Shown: piece by piece, positions 47,397 through 56,640 of the stretch
Layout of the letters: every line of letters begins with the position of its first letter
Numbering within the stretch: the first letter of the stretch is position 1
Source of the DNA: a virus
Direction: 5' to 3' (one strand)
Length of the DNA: 64,000 nucleotides
Virus record (IMG/VR): IMGVR_UViG_3300008216_002531
Location: 1-64,000 of that record
Translations under genes and position numbers: made by a program
Notes under the pieces: generated by a model
Database searches by the model: none
The model's input: the letters and a program-made list of their open reading frames with translations, nothing else
What the model was told of the DNA's origin: nothing

Positions 47397-48008
47397 ATGA
47401 TGCAAAAAAGAACCAAATGTCAGTGTGACATTAATGGGTCTCCTAAACAGTGGTGTCAAAGACATCAATGCTATAAGAACCCTATAGAAATTAGACAGTG
47501 TCAGATATCAATTCCCAACTTTGTGGCGTGGGAGAATTGTCAAGGAGCAGGGCAGAATGAAGACTGTTCTCCTGTTCCTATTGATAAAGACGAAGAGCTA
47601 CCTAATTTGCTAGATTCTTCTTTAGGCAACGCACGTTCATATGTTAATAGAGATCAGGTTGCAGAAGAAGCTAAAAAGGGGTGTTCAAGTTGTGGGAAAA
47701 ACAAGTCCGTAGAGCCTCCCTCTAAAACAACAGACGGGGTATCTTCTATTGAAACGCCGGAACAGAATCTTAACGCTCCCAATTTGATGACTCAGGGTTG
47801 GAGTTTTGCAAAGGCCGTTGGGGCCTATGTTAAAAGCGGAATGAAGAATATAGGTGAAGAAGACTATGCCGAAAGAATGCGCATATGCGATACTTGTGAG
47901 TGGAGATCTGGCGGAAGATGTATGAAATGTGGCTGTTTTATCGACAGAAAGGCCGGTTGGGCTTCAGCAGACTGCCCAATAGGAAAATGGCCGAAAGCGG
48001 GTCGTTAA
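47397..48008 (+). CDS. Cys-rich protein with DUF6171-like C-terminus
   Basis: RMRICDTC..RCMKCGCFIDRK..CPIGKW; GGAGG RBS. Confidence 0.65.
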   Translation: MMQKRTKCQCDINGSPKQWCQRHQCYKNPIEIRQCQISIPNFVAWENCQGAGQNEDCSPVPIDKDEELPNLLDSSLGNARSYVNRDQVAEEAKKGCSSCGKNKSVEPPSKTTDGVSSIETPEQNLNAPNLMTQGWSFAKAVGAYVKSGMKNIGEEDYAERMRICDTCEWRSGGRCMKCGCFIDRKAGWASADCPIGKWPKAGR

Positions 48009-48019
48009 TGGTGTATAAT
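48009..48019 (+). promoter_or_regulatory. Putative late promoter TGGTGTATAAT
   Basis: Intergenic before the last + strand gene. Confidence 0.75.
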
Positions 48020-48053
48020 ACTGTAGAAGATATCCTATGAGGGAGATTTTAAT

Positions 48054-48767
48054 ATGGCGACTATTACCTTCTATGCTGGCAATGGCACAGCCCTCCAAAA
48101 CTTGTCCGGGTCTGGACTAGGGTTTTTCGGAGGAGCTTTTGGTCAGTCAGTAGAATTAAATAAATATCAAGACACAACTTTTATTACTAACAGTAACGGA
48201 ACTTCTGAGGGCACATCTTCTGATAACGTAAAGTATGTTAATGATGGTAGTGGATATGTTACTAGTATCACCCCAGCTACTGGTTTAAAATTCATCCCAA
48301 ATAACAGGGCTTCTTTAAATATTCGTTTTAGTCATGGAAGTGCTGTTAAAACTCAAAATACTAAATTGCGTATTTTTGATAGAGTAGCTGCAAACAATCC
48401 CGCTAGTGGAGTTTGGACCAAGGTAGCCCAACTTATTCATCCTTGGAACACGTTTGGTAGTGCTGCCACTCCCGCAGGGCTAGGGTCTGGAGATGAGTTC
48501 TGGTGGGGTTCTGCTCTACACACAAGCACTCCTACTCTTGGCAATCAAGATGTAAGACTTCCAAACAACTCATTTACTGTTGGTGGAAGTGGTATTATAG
48601 TCGACCTAGCCAAAGCTCCCGGTCCTAGCGGTGAATATGCTAAGGACGGGACTGGAAGTACATTCCAGAGCGTGCAACACGACTGGTATCTAGCCTTAAG
48701 CGCGTCTCCAAAGAGCATTGGATCAAAGACTCAGTACGGACTGTACGTTAGTCTAGAATATCTCTAG
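48054..48767 (+). CDS. Putative virion protein with its own late promoter
   Basis: Ser/Gly/Thr-rich, beta-rich; C-terminal HDWYLALSASP..IGSK..LYVSLEYL. Confidence 0.6.
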   Translation: MATITFYAGNGTALQNLSGSGLGFFGGAFGQSVELNKYQDTTFITNSNGTSEGTSSDNVKYVNDGSGYVTSITPATGLKFIPNNRASLNIRFSHGSAVKTQNTKLRIFDRVAANNPASGVWTKVAQLIHPWNTFGSAATPAGLGSGDEFWWGSALHTSTPTLGNQDVRLPNNSFTVGGSGIIVDLAKAPGPSGEYAKDGTGSTFQSVQHDWYLALSASPKSIGSKTQYGLYVSLEYL

Positions 48768-48811
48768 GGAAACCCACGGCAAATTTAATTGCCATCGCCT
48801 TGGGAGGTGAC

Positions 48812-48850
48812 AAAAAAAAGCCCCGGCGGCGTAATGCTACCGGGGCTTTT
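48812..48850. terminator. Bidirectional Rho-independent terminator
   Basis: A8-GCCCCGGCGGC-GTAAT-GCTACCGGGGC-T4 between the convergent arms. Confidence 0.88.
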
Positions 48851-48873
48851 ATCTTAAAGAAGTGAGCCTTAGA

Positions 48874-49209
48874 TTAAACTAAAGCGCCCTTCTCTTTGTC
48901 CCACTTGACCCATCCGTTATCGGGGAGCCAGTTACCTTCCTTGTCCTTCCTGCGCGGGAACAGCTTCCCGCCCTGTTTCATAGAGCCAAACTCCAGTCTG
49001 GCCCCACAATCCAAACACCTGATTTCGTAGTATTGATTTTCATCAACAGTCCTCACTACAAATCTCAGGTTCTCCGACGCGCACTTTCCACAAGATAGCT
49101 CGTCAAAGATTTCTTGAAAATCAGACAATTGCTGAAAAGCATCTCTCTGAGTTTCAGCATCAAGCTCTACCGAAATTCTGCCACTACGTGATGTGTAGTT
49201 AATCTTCAT
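48874..49209 (-). CDS. Zn-ribbon protein
   Basis: CGKC...CLDC; start refined to MKINY (49209). Confidence 0.65.
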   Translation of the reverse strand: MKINYTSRSGRISVELDAETQRDAFQQLSDFQEIFDELSCGKCASENLRFVVRTVDENQYYEIRCLDCGARLEFGSMKQGGKLFPRRKDKEGNWLPDNGWVKWDKEKGALV

Positions 49210-49213
49210 TACT

Positions 49214-50107
49214 CTACTCTCTCCAATCAGATTCGTAACCTTGGATTTGCTCTGGAATACTACCATTCTGTTGGTAATCATTCAACTGTCGTAGCATCTT
49301 CTGTGCTGTGTCTCTTGTTACATCGCTCACACTTTCATATTTCTTAGACCCCATATTAACAAACTTACGGACATCAATATCTAGCTGTTTACACTTATTA
49401 TTAACAAAAGTCACTTGTTGATTACTAATAGTATCTTCAGGGTTCCAGTCAGCATTTGTGGTTGTGGATTGAACAATACTAACAATATCCTTTTTGGCTA
49501 ATTCTTCCGCCGCCAAAGCTCGAATCTTCAGGGCTTTTCTTAGCGCGCGCCCCTCTGCTCTAGTACTAGCGGTAGCAACTGGGTGGGCACAAAATAGATC
49601 ATCTGTATTTCCATGCCAAACATCAGCTACTTCTCGAAAGACTTTGTAGGCTCCGGTGTTCATCCAATCAATAATGATCTTGTAAACGACGGTTGCTCTT
49701 CCCGGCTTTCCACTTTCAGTAGCGGGGAATACTTGCTCTGGCCCTGTTTCCACAATAGTTCCAAGCAATAGTTCTGCTACTCGACGCAGTCCTGCGCAAA
49801 CAGGATTACCGTCTATTAGTTCGTTGGGCTGAAAGTGAGACATAACGTAGTCTGCCCATTCAGCAGATACGTAAGATGGGGCCTCTGGATTTAACTGTGC
49901 TTGAAGGGGGCTTTCGTTTTCATAGATTTCATTTTTAACCTCTTCAAACTCTTCGTCCATGTTTACGCGATCTAACATGCTAGTATTTTGTTTATGCAAA
50001 TCTATTAGTTCCTTTTTACTGAGACTATCAATTGCTTCTTTCGATAAACCAATGTCTACCAGATCCTGTTTTAGTTCTAATACTTTGATTTTAGAATAAT
50101 TTACCAT
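49214..50107 (-). CDS. Putative ssDNA-annealing/recombination protein (Rad52/Sak-like)
   Basis: ATASTRAEGRALRKAL helix; C-terminal ISNQQ..A..L domain typical of phage annealing proteins. Confidence 0.5.
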   Translation of the reverse strand: MVNYSKIKVLELKQDLVDIGLSKEAIDSLSKKELIDLHKQNTSMLDRVNMDEEFEEVKNEIYENESPLQAQLNPEAPSYVSAEWADYVMSHFQPNELIDGNPVCAGLRRVAELLLGTIVETGPEQVFPATESGKPGRATVVYKIIIDWMNTGAYKVFREVADVWHGNTDDLFCAHPVATASTRAEGRALRKALKIRALAAEELAKKDIVSIVQSTTTNADWNPEDTISNQQVTFVNNKCKQLDIDVRKFVNMGSKKYESVSDVTRDTAQKMLRQLNDYQQNGSIPEQIQGYESDWRE

Positions 50108-50889
50108 TAGGCTTCAATCTCCAAAAACCGTTTTGATTTGTCTGGAAATTGCTTTTCCACGTCTTCCAAAATTTCTACAACTCTTGCTAATAGATCTCTT
50201 TGCTTTTTCCCTGAAAAGTTCTTTGTTATATTCTTAATTCTTAAAACTACATATCCAGATTGTAACAGTAGTCCAGATTTATGAGCGTCAGATTTAATTG
50301 TCTTCTGAAGGTTTTCTTCTCCCCATATTGGAAAGAAGTGCGACGGGCCGTCGACCTCGATGGCAACTTTCGAATCTGGGAGGAACAAATCAATTTCTAG
50401 CTTCTGGTTTGCGACGAGACCCATTTTATGAAATATAACACTTCGTCCGGTTTTTGTCAATCCCTTTCTGAGAAATTTTTCCATTTTCGACCCCTCTTTA
50501 GCAGCCCTTCTGACGGCCTCTGCTGCCGCTCTACGGAGATTGGATCGTTCTTCTTCCGACATACCCTCCCATTGTTTTTTAGCCATTTCAGAGCGGTTTA
50601 GCCGCTCCTCATCGCTCATATGGCTCCAATGAGAAAACATCCCCTCGCTAATTTTGATTTTGTCGGCTTCCGATCTCTCGGTTCCTTTTGTTGGATGTTT
50701 ATGTCGTCCACTTTGGATAGCTGTTGCCTGAGCCTTACTTTTGTCTCGTAGTTTTATTCCGAGCCTAACGAGAGTTCTTCTTACTTTGTTTGGGTATGTT
50801 CCCAGAGATTCAGATATTTCATAAGTACTCTTATTCTTTTTTACATACTCGTCCACAATAAACTTTTCTTGATTTTTAGTCAGAGACAT
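50107..50889 (-). CDS. Homing-type endonuclease (HTH + NUMOD3-like + DUF559/Vsr-like)
   Basis: STYEISESLG HTH; RSEADKIKISE; EIDLF..VAIEVDGPSH..D..K..L..GY.VLRI. Confidence 0.75.
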   Translation of the reverse strand: MSLTKNQEKFIVDEYVKKNKSTYEISESLGTYPNKVRRTLVRLGIKLRDKSKAQATAIQSGRHKHPTKGTERSEADKIKISEGMFSHWSHMSDEERLNRSEMAKKQWEGMSEEERSNLRRAAAEAVRRAAKEGSKMEKFLRKGLTKTGRSVIFHKMGLVANQKLEIDLFLPDSKVAIEVDGPSHFFPIWGEENLQKTIKSDAHKSGLLLQSGYVVLRIKNITKNFSGKKQRDLLARVVEILEDVEKQFPDKSKRFLEIEA

Positions 50890-51349
50890 TATTAATCACC
50901 TCGTATAGTTGTTTCATATTAAAATCCTCTACCACCCCGTAAACATCCCTGTTACAGTAATTTTTAATAGCCAGAGCGTGCTCCGAGCTTCTAGCTATTA
51001 GTTTAACTTGGGGGTTGTTGAACGCTTTCACCATATATTGGAAATCTTTTCCGTGTGGTCTCATCCATTCAAGATCCCAAACATAAAAGAACTTCTTGGC
51101 GGGGTTTGCTGCTTTTGATAAGTGTAGCGCGGTAGAGGCAGACGTAGCCACCAGAGTTCCATCGAAACTCCAAATTTCATTTATTCCCATTATGGCAAAG
51201 CTTGGCGGAATAATATGATTGGTAATATTTTCTACAAAGGCTACGAAATCGTTATTGCTTTTTTCGCATTCTTCATTAAGCTTAGTAACCACATTAAATG
51301 ATAATTGGGAAGCTCCCAAATCACTAAGCATGACTCCTATTTTTTGCAT
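50876..51349 (-). CDS. Hypothetical protein, possibly a GT-B N-terminal-like domain
   Basis: LVATS, KKFFYVWDLEW and LIARS pattern recalls the first domain of GT-B enzymes. Confidence 0.4.
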   Translation of the reverse strand: MQKIGVMLSDLGASQLSFNVVTKLNEECEKSNNDFVAFVENITNHIIPPSFAIMGINEIWSFDGTLVATSASTALHLSKAANPAKKFFYVWDLEWMRPHGKDFQYMVKAFNNPQVKLIARSSEHALAIKNYCNRDVYGVVEDFNMKQLYEVINNVSD

Positions 51350-51741
51350 ACCATCCTCTCGAATTCGTTTATATCTTCTATATAATCTGATTTATCATAT
51401 TCTGTAGAACACAGGGACAACATTATGTCTGTTCCGGTTTCGTATGTCTGTGAATCCCAAATCATTCTATCAACAAAAACGCTTTCGTGCTGCCTCATTA
51501 CAAGCGTTTCTGTTTTGTAACCATCGTATAAATGAACCGATATTTTCCCTTGCACACAAATCAAAAGTTGTTGTGTTTTATAATGCGCGTGGTGTCCACG
51601 TTGATCTCCCGCTGGAACTCCAGCCACATAGAATACTCTTTTCGGAGCAAAGGTGAGTTCCGAAAAGTCTATGGGCACTAGCGTTCCGTTATCTTCAACG
51701 CACTGCCTTAAGCACCCGTCTAGCTTTACGGACTTGCTCAA
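51337..51741 (-). CDS. FdtA/QdtA-family sugar 3,4-ketoisomerase (cupin)
   Basis: KRVFY, RGHHAH, Q.LICVQG, YD..DYI. Confidence 0.88.
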   Translation of the reverse strand: MSKSVKLDGCLRQCVEDNGTLVPIDFSELTFAPKRVFYVAGVPAGDQRGHHAHYKTQQLLICVQGKISVHLYDGYKTETLVMRQHESVFVDRMIWDSQTYETGTDIMLSLCSTEYDKSDYIEDINEFERMVCKK

Positions 51742-52648
51742 TTACATACTCCACATTTTCGTTGGTGAGGTTTTCATGAAAAGGAATACTCGCTGTTGTC
51801 TTGGCGTCTTTCTTGGATTTCTTAAAATACTTATACGCGGTTTGTTCTTTATGGGCGTTATAGACAGGGCGTAAGTGACATGCTTGGTAATGTACTCCGC
51901 AGAATATGAGCTTCTCTCGCATCTCATCTATAAAGCTGTCCCTATCCTTAACGTTTATTCTATATAAATGACTGCTCTTATTAGCCTTGTTAAATCCCTT
52001 ATTGTAAGCCTTTCTTATTTCCGCCAATCTTTCGTTCTTTTCTTCTAGCCTGTGCAGGTTTTTTCGAGCGATGTGAGCTTGGATAGAATTCATGTTCATC
52101 TTCCATCCGGGGAATATCAACTCGCGATCCCAAGAGTCGTTCGAGGCTGTTGAACCATTCATAACCGCCTTGCGAAACCAGTCTATCTTCTCCCTATCGT
52201 CAGACACGACCATCCCACCATCACAACTTCCAACCGGCTTTGTAGGGTAGAAGCTAAAAACCATTAAGTCTTCCGGGCTTGCCTCTTTTTTGAATAGATC
52301 TTTTTCAACCTGCTGGGCTGAATCATAAATGGAATAATCTTTAAACATATGCAGCCTGTATACATTTCCGACCCAGCGTGTGTCATCGCGAAAGTTTAGG
52401 TAGTTCCCTGACCTAATGATAGCGTTTGGAACCACTATAGGTATCACGCTAGGTATTGTAACCGTCTCTCCTTTGTTCCACAAGGCAAGAGTGATTAGGC
52501 TGGTGGCACTGTTGGCCGAACAGGCGTAGCCAGCGCCCACATACTTTGCAAACTCCTCTTCAAATTCTGCGACTACTCTATCGTGTAAGAGATGTGAAAA
52601 ATCTCTTGTGTCTATTTTGTAGTCTTCAATGTTGAACAGGCGAATCAT
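51695..52648 (-). CDS. DegT/DnrJ/EryC1/StrS sugar aminotransferase
   Basis: FEEEFA.YVG, DSAQ, FSFYPTKPVGSCDGG (PLP lysine), SIPFH. Confidence 0.88.
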   Translation of the reverse strand: MIRLFNIEDYKIDTRDFSHLLHDRVVAEFEEEFAKYVGAGYACSANSATSLITLALWNKGETVTIPSVIPIVVPNAIIRSGNYLNFRDDTRWVGNVYRLHMFKDYSIYDSAQQVEKDLFKKEASPEDLMVFSFYPTKPVGSCDGGMVVSDDREKIDWFRKAVMNGSTASNDSWDRELIFPGWKMNMNSIQAHIARKNLHRLEEKNERLAEIRKAYNKGFNKANKSSHLYRINVKDRDSFIDEMREKLIFCGVHYQACHLRPVYNAHKEQTAYKYFKKSKKDAKTTASIPFHENLTNENVEYVIEQVRKARRVLKAVR

Positions 52649-53079
52649 TTGTTTTCTGTTTCCCAGTCCTCCCCAAACGCACCAACCTCTGCTCTTAGCT
52701 CGTCGTTTGGGTCGTACTGTTCTGATAAGTAGTACAACATAATAGATCCGGGTTCCAAGGCTTTGTACCCATGATAGACTCCCGGCGGAATTACCAAGAC
52801 TCTGGGGTTCTTGTCAGATAGATACTCAAACTTTGTGTCGAAGTATTGTCCACCCTCTCCCGGTACTCCCGGTATTTCTTCTGCCAGACCAACCTTGAAT
52901 GACCCTTTAATGCAGAACCAATAGTCTGTCTGGATGTTGTGTTTATGCCACGCTACAACGTGTTGGGTTGAGTTGACATAGGATATGTTGATTTGCCCAC
53001 CATTGAGATATTTAAAGACATTCATCGCCCGTTGAGCGCGGTCATCTTCATGAAACTGAATGTCGTCGAAACTAATCAT
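52645..53079 (-). CDS. RmlC-like dTDP-4-dehydrorhamnose 3,5-epimerase (cupin)
   Basis: HEDDR, VAWHKH..QTD, IPPGVYHGY..L, YDPNDE; start refined to 53079. Confidence 0.82.
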   Translation of the reverse strand: MISFDDIQFHEDDRAQRAMNVFKYLNGGQINISYVNSTQHVVAWHKHNIQTDYWFCIKGSFKVGLAEEIPGVPGEGGQYFDTKFEYLSDKNPRVLVIPPGVYHGYKALEPGSIMLYYLSEQYDPNDELRAEVGAFGEDWETENK

Positions 53080-53083
53080 CCAA

Positions 53084-53704
53084 CTATTCCCTGTCAAGAA
53101 CTGAAAGAGAGTCGGTAATAATATTGTCAAATTCAAAGAGGGTGATAAATCTTACTTCTTCTCTCACTGGATTTAACTCAGCTATGTCGTGATTATCAAG
53201 CCAATACCCAGAATTCGCCCGTCCAACAAAAGCGTCTCTATACACACCCCCACCCTCAAAGCAAACTACGGCTCCGTTGTCTATGTGGGATTGACATTTT
53301 TGCCTCAACAGCTTTATTGTTTGTTGTGTGTTTCCCACATCCACATAGAGGAAATCAAACTCATCTCCTTTAAGGGGCTGTTCCATCCACTGGTAATAAT
53401 CTGCTATCTCAAAGTTGATATATTTTTCAACATCCATCCTATCTATCTCTGAATACAGTCCTATGTGTTCGCTTTTTTTTGTCAAAGGAGCGCTTATAAT
53501 TTGGTTTCCAATATCATAACTAGTTACTGTCCCCTCTCCTCCAGAATCTCTTAGTGCCATTGCCATGCAAACAGCCGTCCACCCGCCAAAACTTCCAAAC
53601 TCTATAATCTTTTTAGATTTGTTTTTTAAAATTAACTCATATAAGGTTTTTCCAATTGTTTCGTCCTCGTAAGAGGAAGGAATTTGGGGGTGTTCCCATG
53701 TCAT
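53084..53704 (-). CDS. Class I SAM-dependent methyltransferase (Methyltransf_24-like)
   Basis: IIEFGSFGGWTA, SYD, DFLYVD. Confidence 0.75.
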   Translation of the reverse strand: MTWEHPQIPSSYEDETIGKTLYELILKNKSKKIIEFGSFGGWTAVCMAMALRDSGGEGTVTSYDIGNQIISAPLTKKSEHIGLYSEIDRMDVEKYINFEIADYYQWMEQPLKGDEFDFLYVDVGNTQQTIKLLRQKCQSHIDNGAVVCFEGGGVYRDAFVGRANSGYWLDNHDIAELNPVREEVRFITLFEFDNIITDSLSVLDRE

Positions 53705-54402
53705 ATTATGCTTTCTAACTTACTAATATCCATAGAAGAATCCACGCCCATAGCAACATCCTCGACATCTTTGAGGAATGCTTTTCCAACATTTGGGTTC
53801 TCCCGTTGCGCGAATTCGTATACTGTCTCAGCCCTTCCTCCTACGTTTATTATACCCGTCTCGTCCAAAAGTTGCAACGTAATTTTCGCCGCTTCGTCGT
53901 CGTAGATAAAACTCTTGGTTACATCTGCTAGAGCGTTCTTGTGGGGGAACGGCTTGTTTGCCATGCACATTCTCAATATTAGGCTGTTGTCGTAGATGTG
54001 TACAGCGCACTCTCCTCCCAGTTTAGACCATCCGTATTTTGTGAAAGGAAGTAGAGCATCTTCCTCAGAGTAATCACCATCGTCTCCGGGGTAGACGTAA
54101 TCAGTGGAAATGTAAATAAGCTTTATCTTATGCTTCATACAAGACAAGACAACATTACTAGTTCCAACAATATTTGTGGTAATACTGGTATGCGGATTTT
54201 CTTCGTGAAGGGACATGGGTCTGGTTAAGGCCGCAGCATGAATGAAATAGTCTGGCTTGACCATTTCAATAAGATAGTCTACCTGTTCAAGGTTCTGTAC
54301 GTCCATTACGTTCTTGGGGGGCGCGAGAACATCAAAGTCTTTTGACTCTTTCAGCTTGCTGGCAAACTTACCGTCACCGCCTGATACTAATACTGTCTTC
54401 AT
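53701..54402 (-). CDS. RmlD-like NDP-sugar reductase (SDR)
   Basis: SGGDGKFA, HAAA, YISTDYVY, YGWSK. Confidence 0.85.
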   Translation of the reverse strand: MKTVLVSGGDGKFASKLKESKDFDVLAPPKNVMDVQNLEQVDYLIEMVKPDYFIHAAALTRPMSLHEENPHTSITTNIVGTSNVVLSCMKHKIKLIYISTDYVYPGDDGDYSEEDALLPFTKYGWSKLGGECAVHIYDNSLILRMCMANKPFPHKNALADVTKSFIYDDEAAKITLQLLDETGIINVGGRAETVYEFAQRENPNVGKAFLKDVEDVAMGVDSSMDISKLESII

Positions 54403-54530
54403 TAGAACTTCCTAGATATTGTCCTTCTTCCCTTGCGGGCTGTGGCCCAGTTTTGTTTTTTTCTCTTCCTACCCCCTCTAGCCACACGCATCCATGCTGG
54501 TTTTCTTTTTCTTGATTTCTTTTTTGTCAT
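54402..54530 (-). CDS. 42 aa highly basic micro-protein (not in the ORF track)
   Basis: MTKKKSRKRKPAWMRVARGGRKRKKQNWATARKGRRTISRKF; ATGA overlap upstream and TAATG overlap downstream exactly fill the gap. Confidence 0.65.
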   Translation of the reverse strand: MTKKKSRKRKPAWMRVARGGRKRKKQNWATARKGRRTISRKF

Positions 54531-55447
54531 TTGTTTATCCACCCTAGAAGCTTCAGGGTTTTAAAGATTTCGTCAAGCATGTTGTCTTTCGGATAGAAAC
54601 CCCCCGCCTTAAGTCTTTGGTTGCTCACAATATACGAACATTGATTAAGCAGGGGGGTGTCTACCATCTCAATTTCCACGCCCACCATCTTGTCAAGAAA
54701 GTCTACTATGTCCCTAGTTTTTACATTCTCTGTTAGGACGTTATATATTTTATTCCTGTGTCGATCTTCATGAACACCCCTCTTTTTTAGGAAATGGTCA
54801 ATAGCACAACAGGCATCGTTAATTCCTAGATACGGTCTAGCTTTGTCGTAGTTATCTTTCCATACAGTTAGTGGCCGACCTAAAGCCGCCTGATAGCAGA
54901 ATTTATTAACTGCCGTATGGAACCTCATACCGGGACTAGGACCAAAGATAGTGCCAAGTCTGAGTATTAGGTATTTGCAAGATTCGCCCAATCTTTGTTG
55001 AATGGTTTCTTCAATCTCTAGTTTTGATTCTGCATAGGGACTTTGGGGGTTCAGATACTGATCGTCGTCCTCGAACACCACGTCTGCTGACACGCCATAC
55101 ACACTCGTAGAAGATGGGAACACGAATAGCCCTACGCCAGAGTCCTTGCACCTCTTGATGAAGCTCTGAGTGTCCCTGACGTTGACCTTCTCGATCTCCT
55201 TCCTGTTCCCGAAGCTGCTGGCGGCGTCTGTGATTGCTGCCAAATGGATGACGGTGTCTATTCCATCTAGACTAACATCCTTAAATGAACCCTCTATAAA
55301 CTTAACCGGTTGATTAAAGCTAAACAGAGAACAATATCTCTGCGTGAGTAGATTGTCTACTACGGTGACAGAGTAGTCCGGGGCCAGCTTTTTTACCAGC
55401 GCAGATCCTATGTGACCTAACCCGCCAGTGACAAGCACGTTTTTCAT
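54527..55447 (-). CDS. NAD-dependent epimerase/dehydratase (extended SDR)
   Basis: TGGLGHIG, HLAA, SSTSVYG, YAESK. Confidence 0.88.
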   Translation of the reverse strand: MKNVLVTGGLGHIGSALVKKLAPDYSVTVVDNLLTQRYCSLFSFNQPVKFIEGSFKDVSLDGIDTVIHLAAITDAASSFGNRKEIEKVNVRDTQSFIKRCKDSGVGLFVFPSSTSVYGVSADVVFEDDDQYLNPQSPYAESKLEIEETIQQRLGESCKYLILRLGTIFGPSPGMRFHTAVNKFCYQAALGRPLTVWKDNYDKARPYLGINDACCAIDHFLKKRGVHEDRHRNKIYNVLTENVKTRDIVDFLDKMVGVEIEMVDTPLLNQCSYIVSNQRLKAGGFYPKDNMLDEIFKTLKLLGWINK

Positions 55448-56640
55448 ACGTTGGCCGGTTCCCCTCTACAAACACGCACTTCTGGGACGTGTGTGATAAA
55501 TTGCCCACCACGTCTCAGGAACTTGCTTTCCTTCTTTGTGATCTCTTCCAGATAATTCCACGCTCCTAAGAAAGCATAATCCACGGAGTCGTCAAACCCT
55601 TCCTCTGGAGATACCACTGGGATGTGTACGCCGGGAGACAGCTTACCCTGTTTGTCCGGGGTTGTATCTGTAATGTAGTCAATCAAGTCCGGGCCAACTC
55701 CACAGTAATTAAATACAGACGTGGACTTGGAGGTAGCGCCATAACTTATAATTTTATTTCCACCATCCTTAATGTCGTGTAGAAGCTCTAGCAGCTTTGT
55801 TTTGGAGTTTTTTACTCTCTTGGCAAAGGCGGTGTAAGTTTTCACCTCGTTTAGACCGGCCAAGTTTTCCTGTTCTAGCTCTAACTCTAAGGCTCCATCG
55901 TGTGGGTGTGGGCCTCCCTCCTTTTGTGCGTAGATTCTATTAGACCCACCGTGGACCTGCGTTTTGTCTATACTAAAAATTTCCATTCCCGCTTCTTTTA
56001 ACAGATTGTTTAAAGCCGTTACAGAAAATATGTGGGCGTGTTCATCATAAATTTGATCGTATGAATTTCTCTCAATCATTTCTAATAGAGAAGGGTCTTC
56101 AAAGATAAAGACGCCATTGTCGTCTAGGGCAAAATATATAGCTTCAAGAGTTTCTTTGATATTTGGGATATGGCAGATGCAGTTTGCAGAATATATTGTA
56201 TAGAACCTTCCGTGCCTACCCACTATTTCTACAGAAAGCTTATTGTTCCAGAAATCACTATAGGTCATAAATCCCATTTGTCTAGTAAATTCAGCAAAGT
56301 TTTCACAAGGCTCAATACCCATTCCGTGGGCTATACCAAAGTGTCTTAGAAATGTACCGTCATTGCTTCCAATCTCTAAAACTCTATCAGGGCCAAATCT
56401 TTCCTGTATCATTTTTGCCGTTTCTTTAAAATGTTTAATCATAGTTTTAGAGCTAGACGTATTATATACATAGCTATCATTAAACATCAATATCGGATCA
56501 ACAAAATCCATGTGAGAAACAAGCTTAGTTTCTTTATCGAAACCAACATTTAGATCGTAGAAGAATTCATCTTGGTCTTCGCCGGGGGTGATAAATGCAT
56601 TTGCTATCGGCTGTTTGCCAAGGCTTAAGAATTTTTTCAT
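55444..56640 (-). CDS. NDP-hexose C-methyltransferase (TylCIII/NovU-like)
   Basis: LG.QP.AN, EIGSNDG, YDQIYDEH, HGGS, YGATSK, KQGK.SPG.HIP, AWNY. Confidence 0.88.
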   Translation of the reverse strand: MKKFLSLGKQPIANAFITPGEDQDEFFYDLNVGFDKETKLVSHMDFVDPILMFNDSYVYNTSSSKTMIKHFKETAKMIQERFGPDRVLEIGSNDGTFLRHFGIAHGMGIEPCENFAEFTRQMGFMTYSDFWNNKLSVEIVGRHGRFYTIYSANCICHIPNIKETLEAIYFALDDNGVFIFEDPSLLEMIERNSYDQIYDEHAHIFSVTALNNLLKEAGMEIFSIDKTQVHGGSNRIYAQKEGGPHPHDGALELELEQENLAGLNEVKTYTAFAKRVKNSKTKLLELLHDIKDGGNKIISYGATSKSTSVFNYCGVGPDLIDYITDTTPDKQGKLSPGVHIPVVSPEEGFDDSVDYAFLGAWNYLEEITKKESKFLRRGGQFITHVPEVRVCRGEPANV

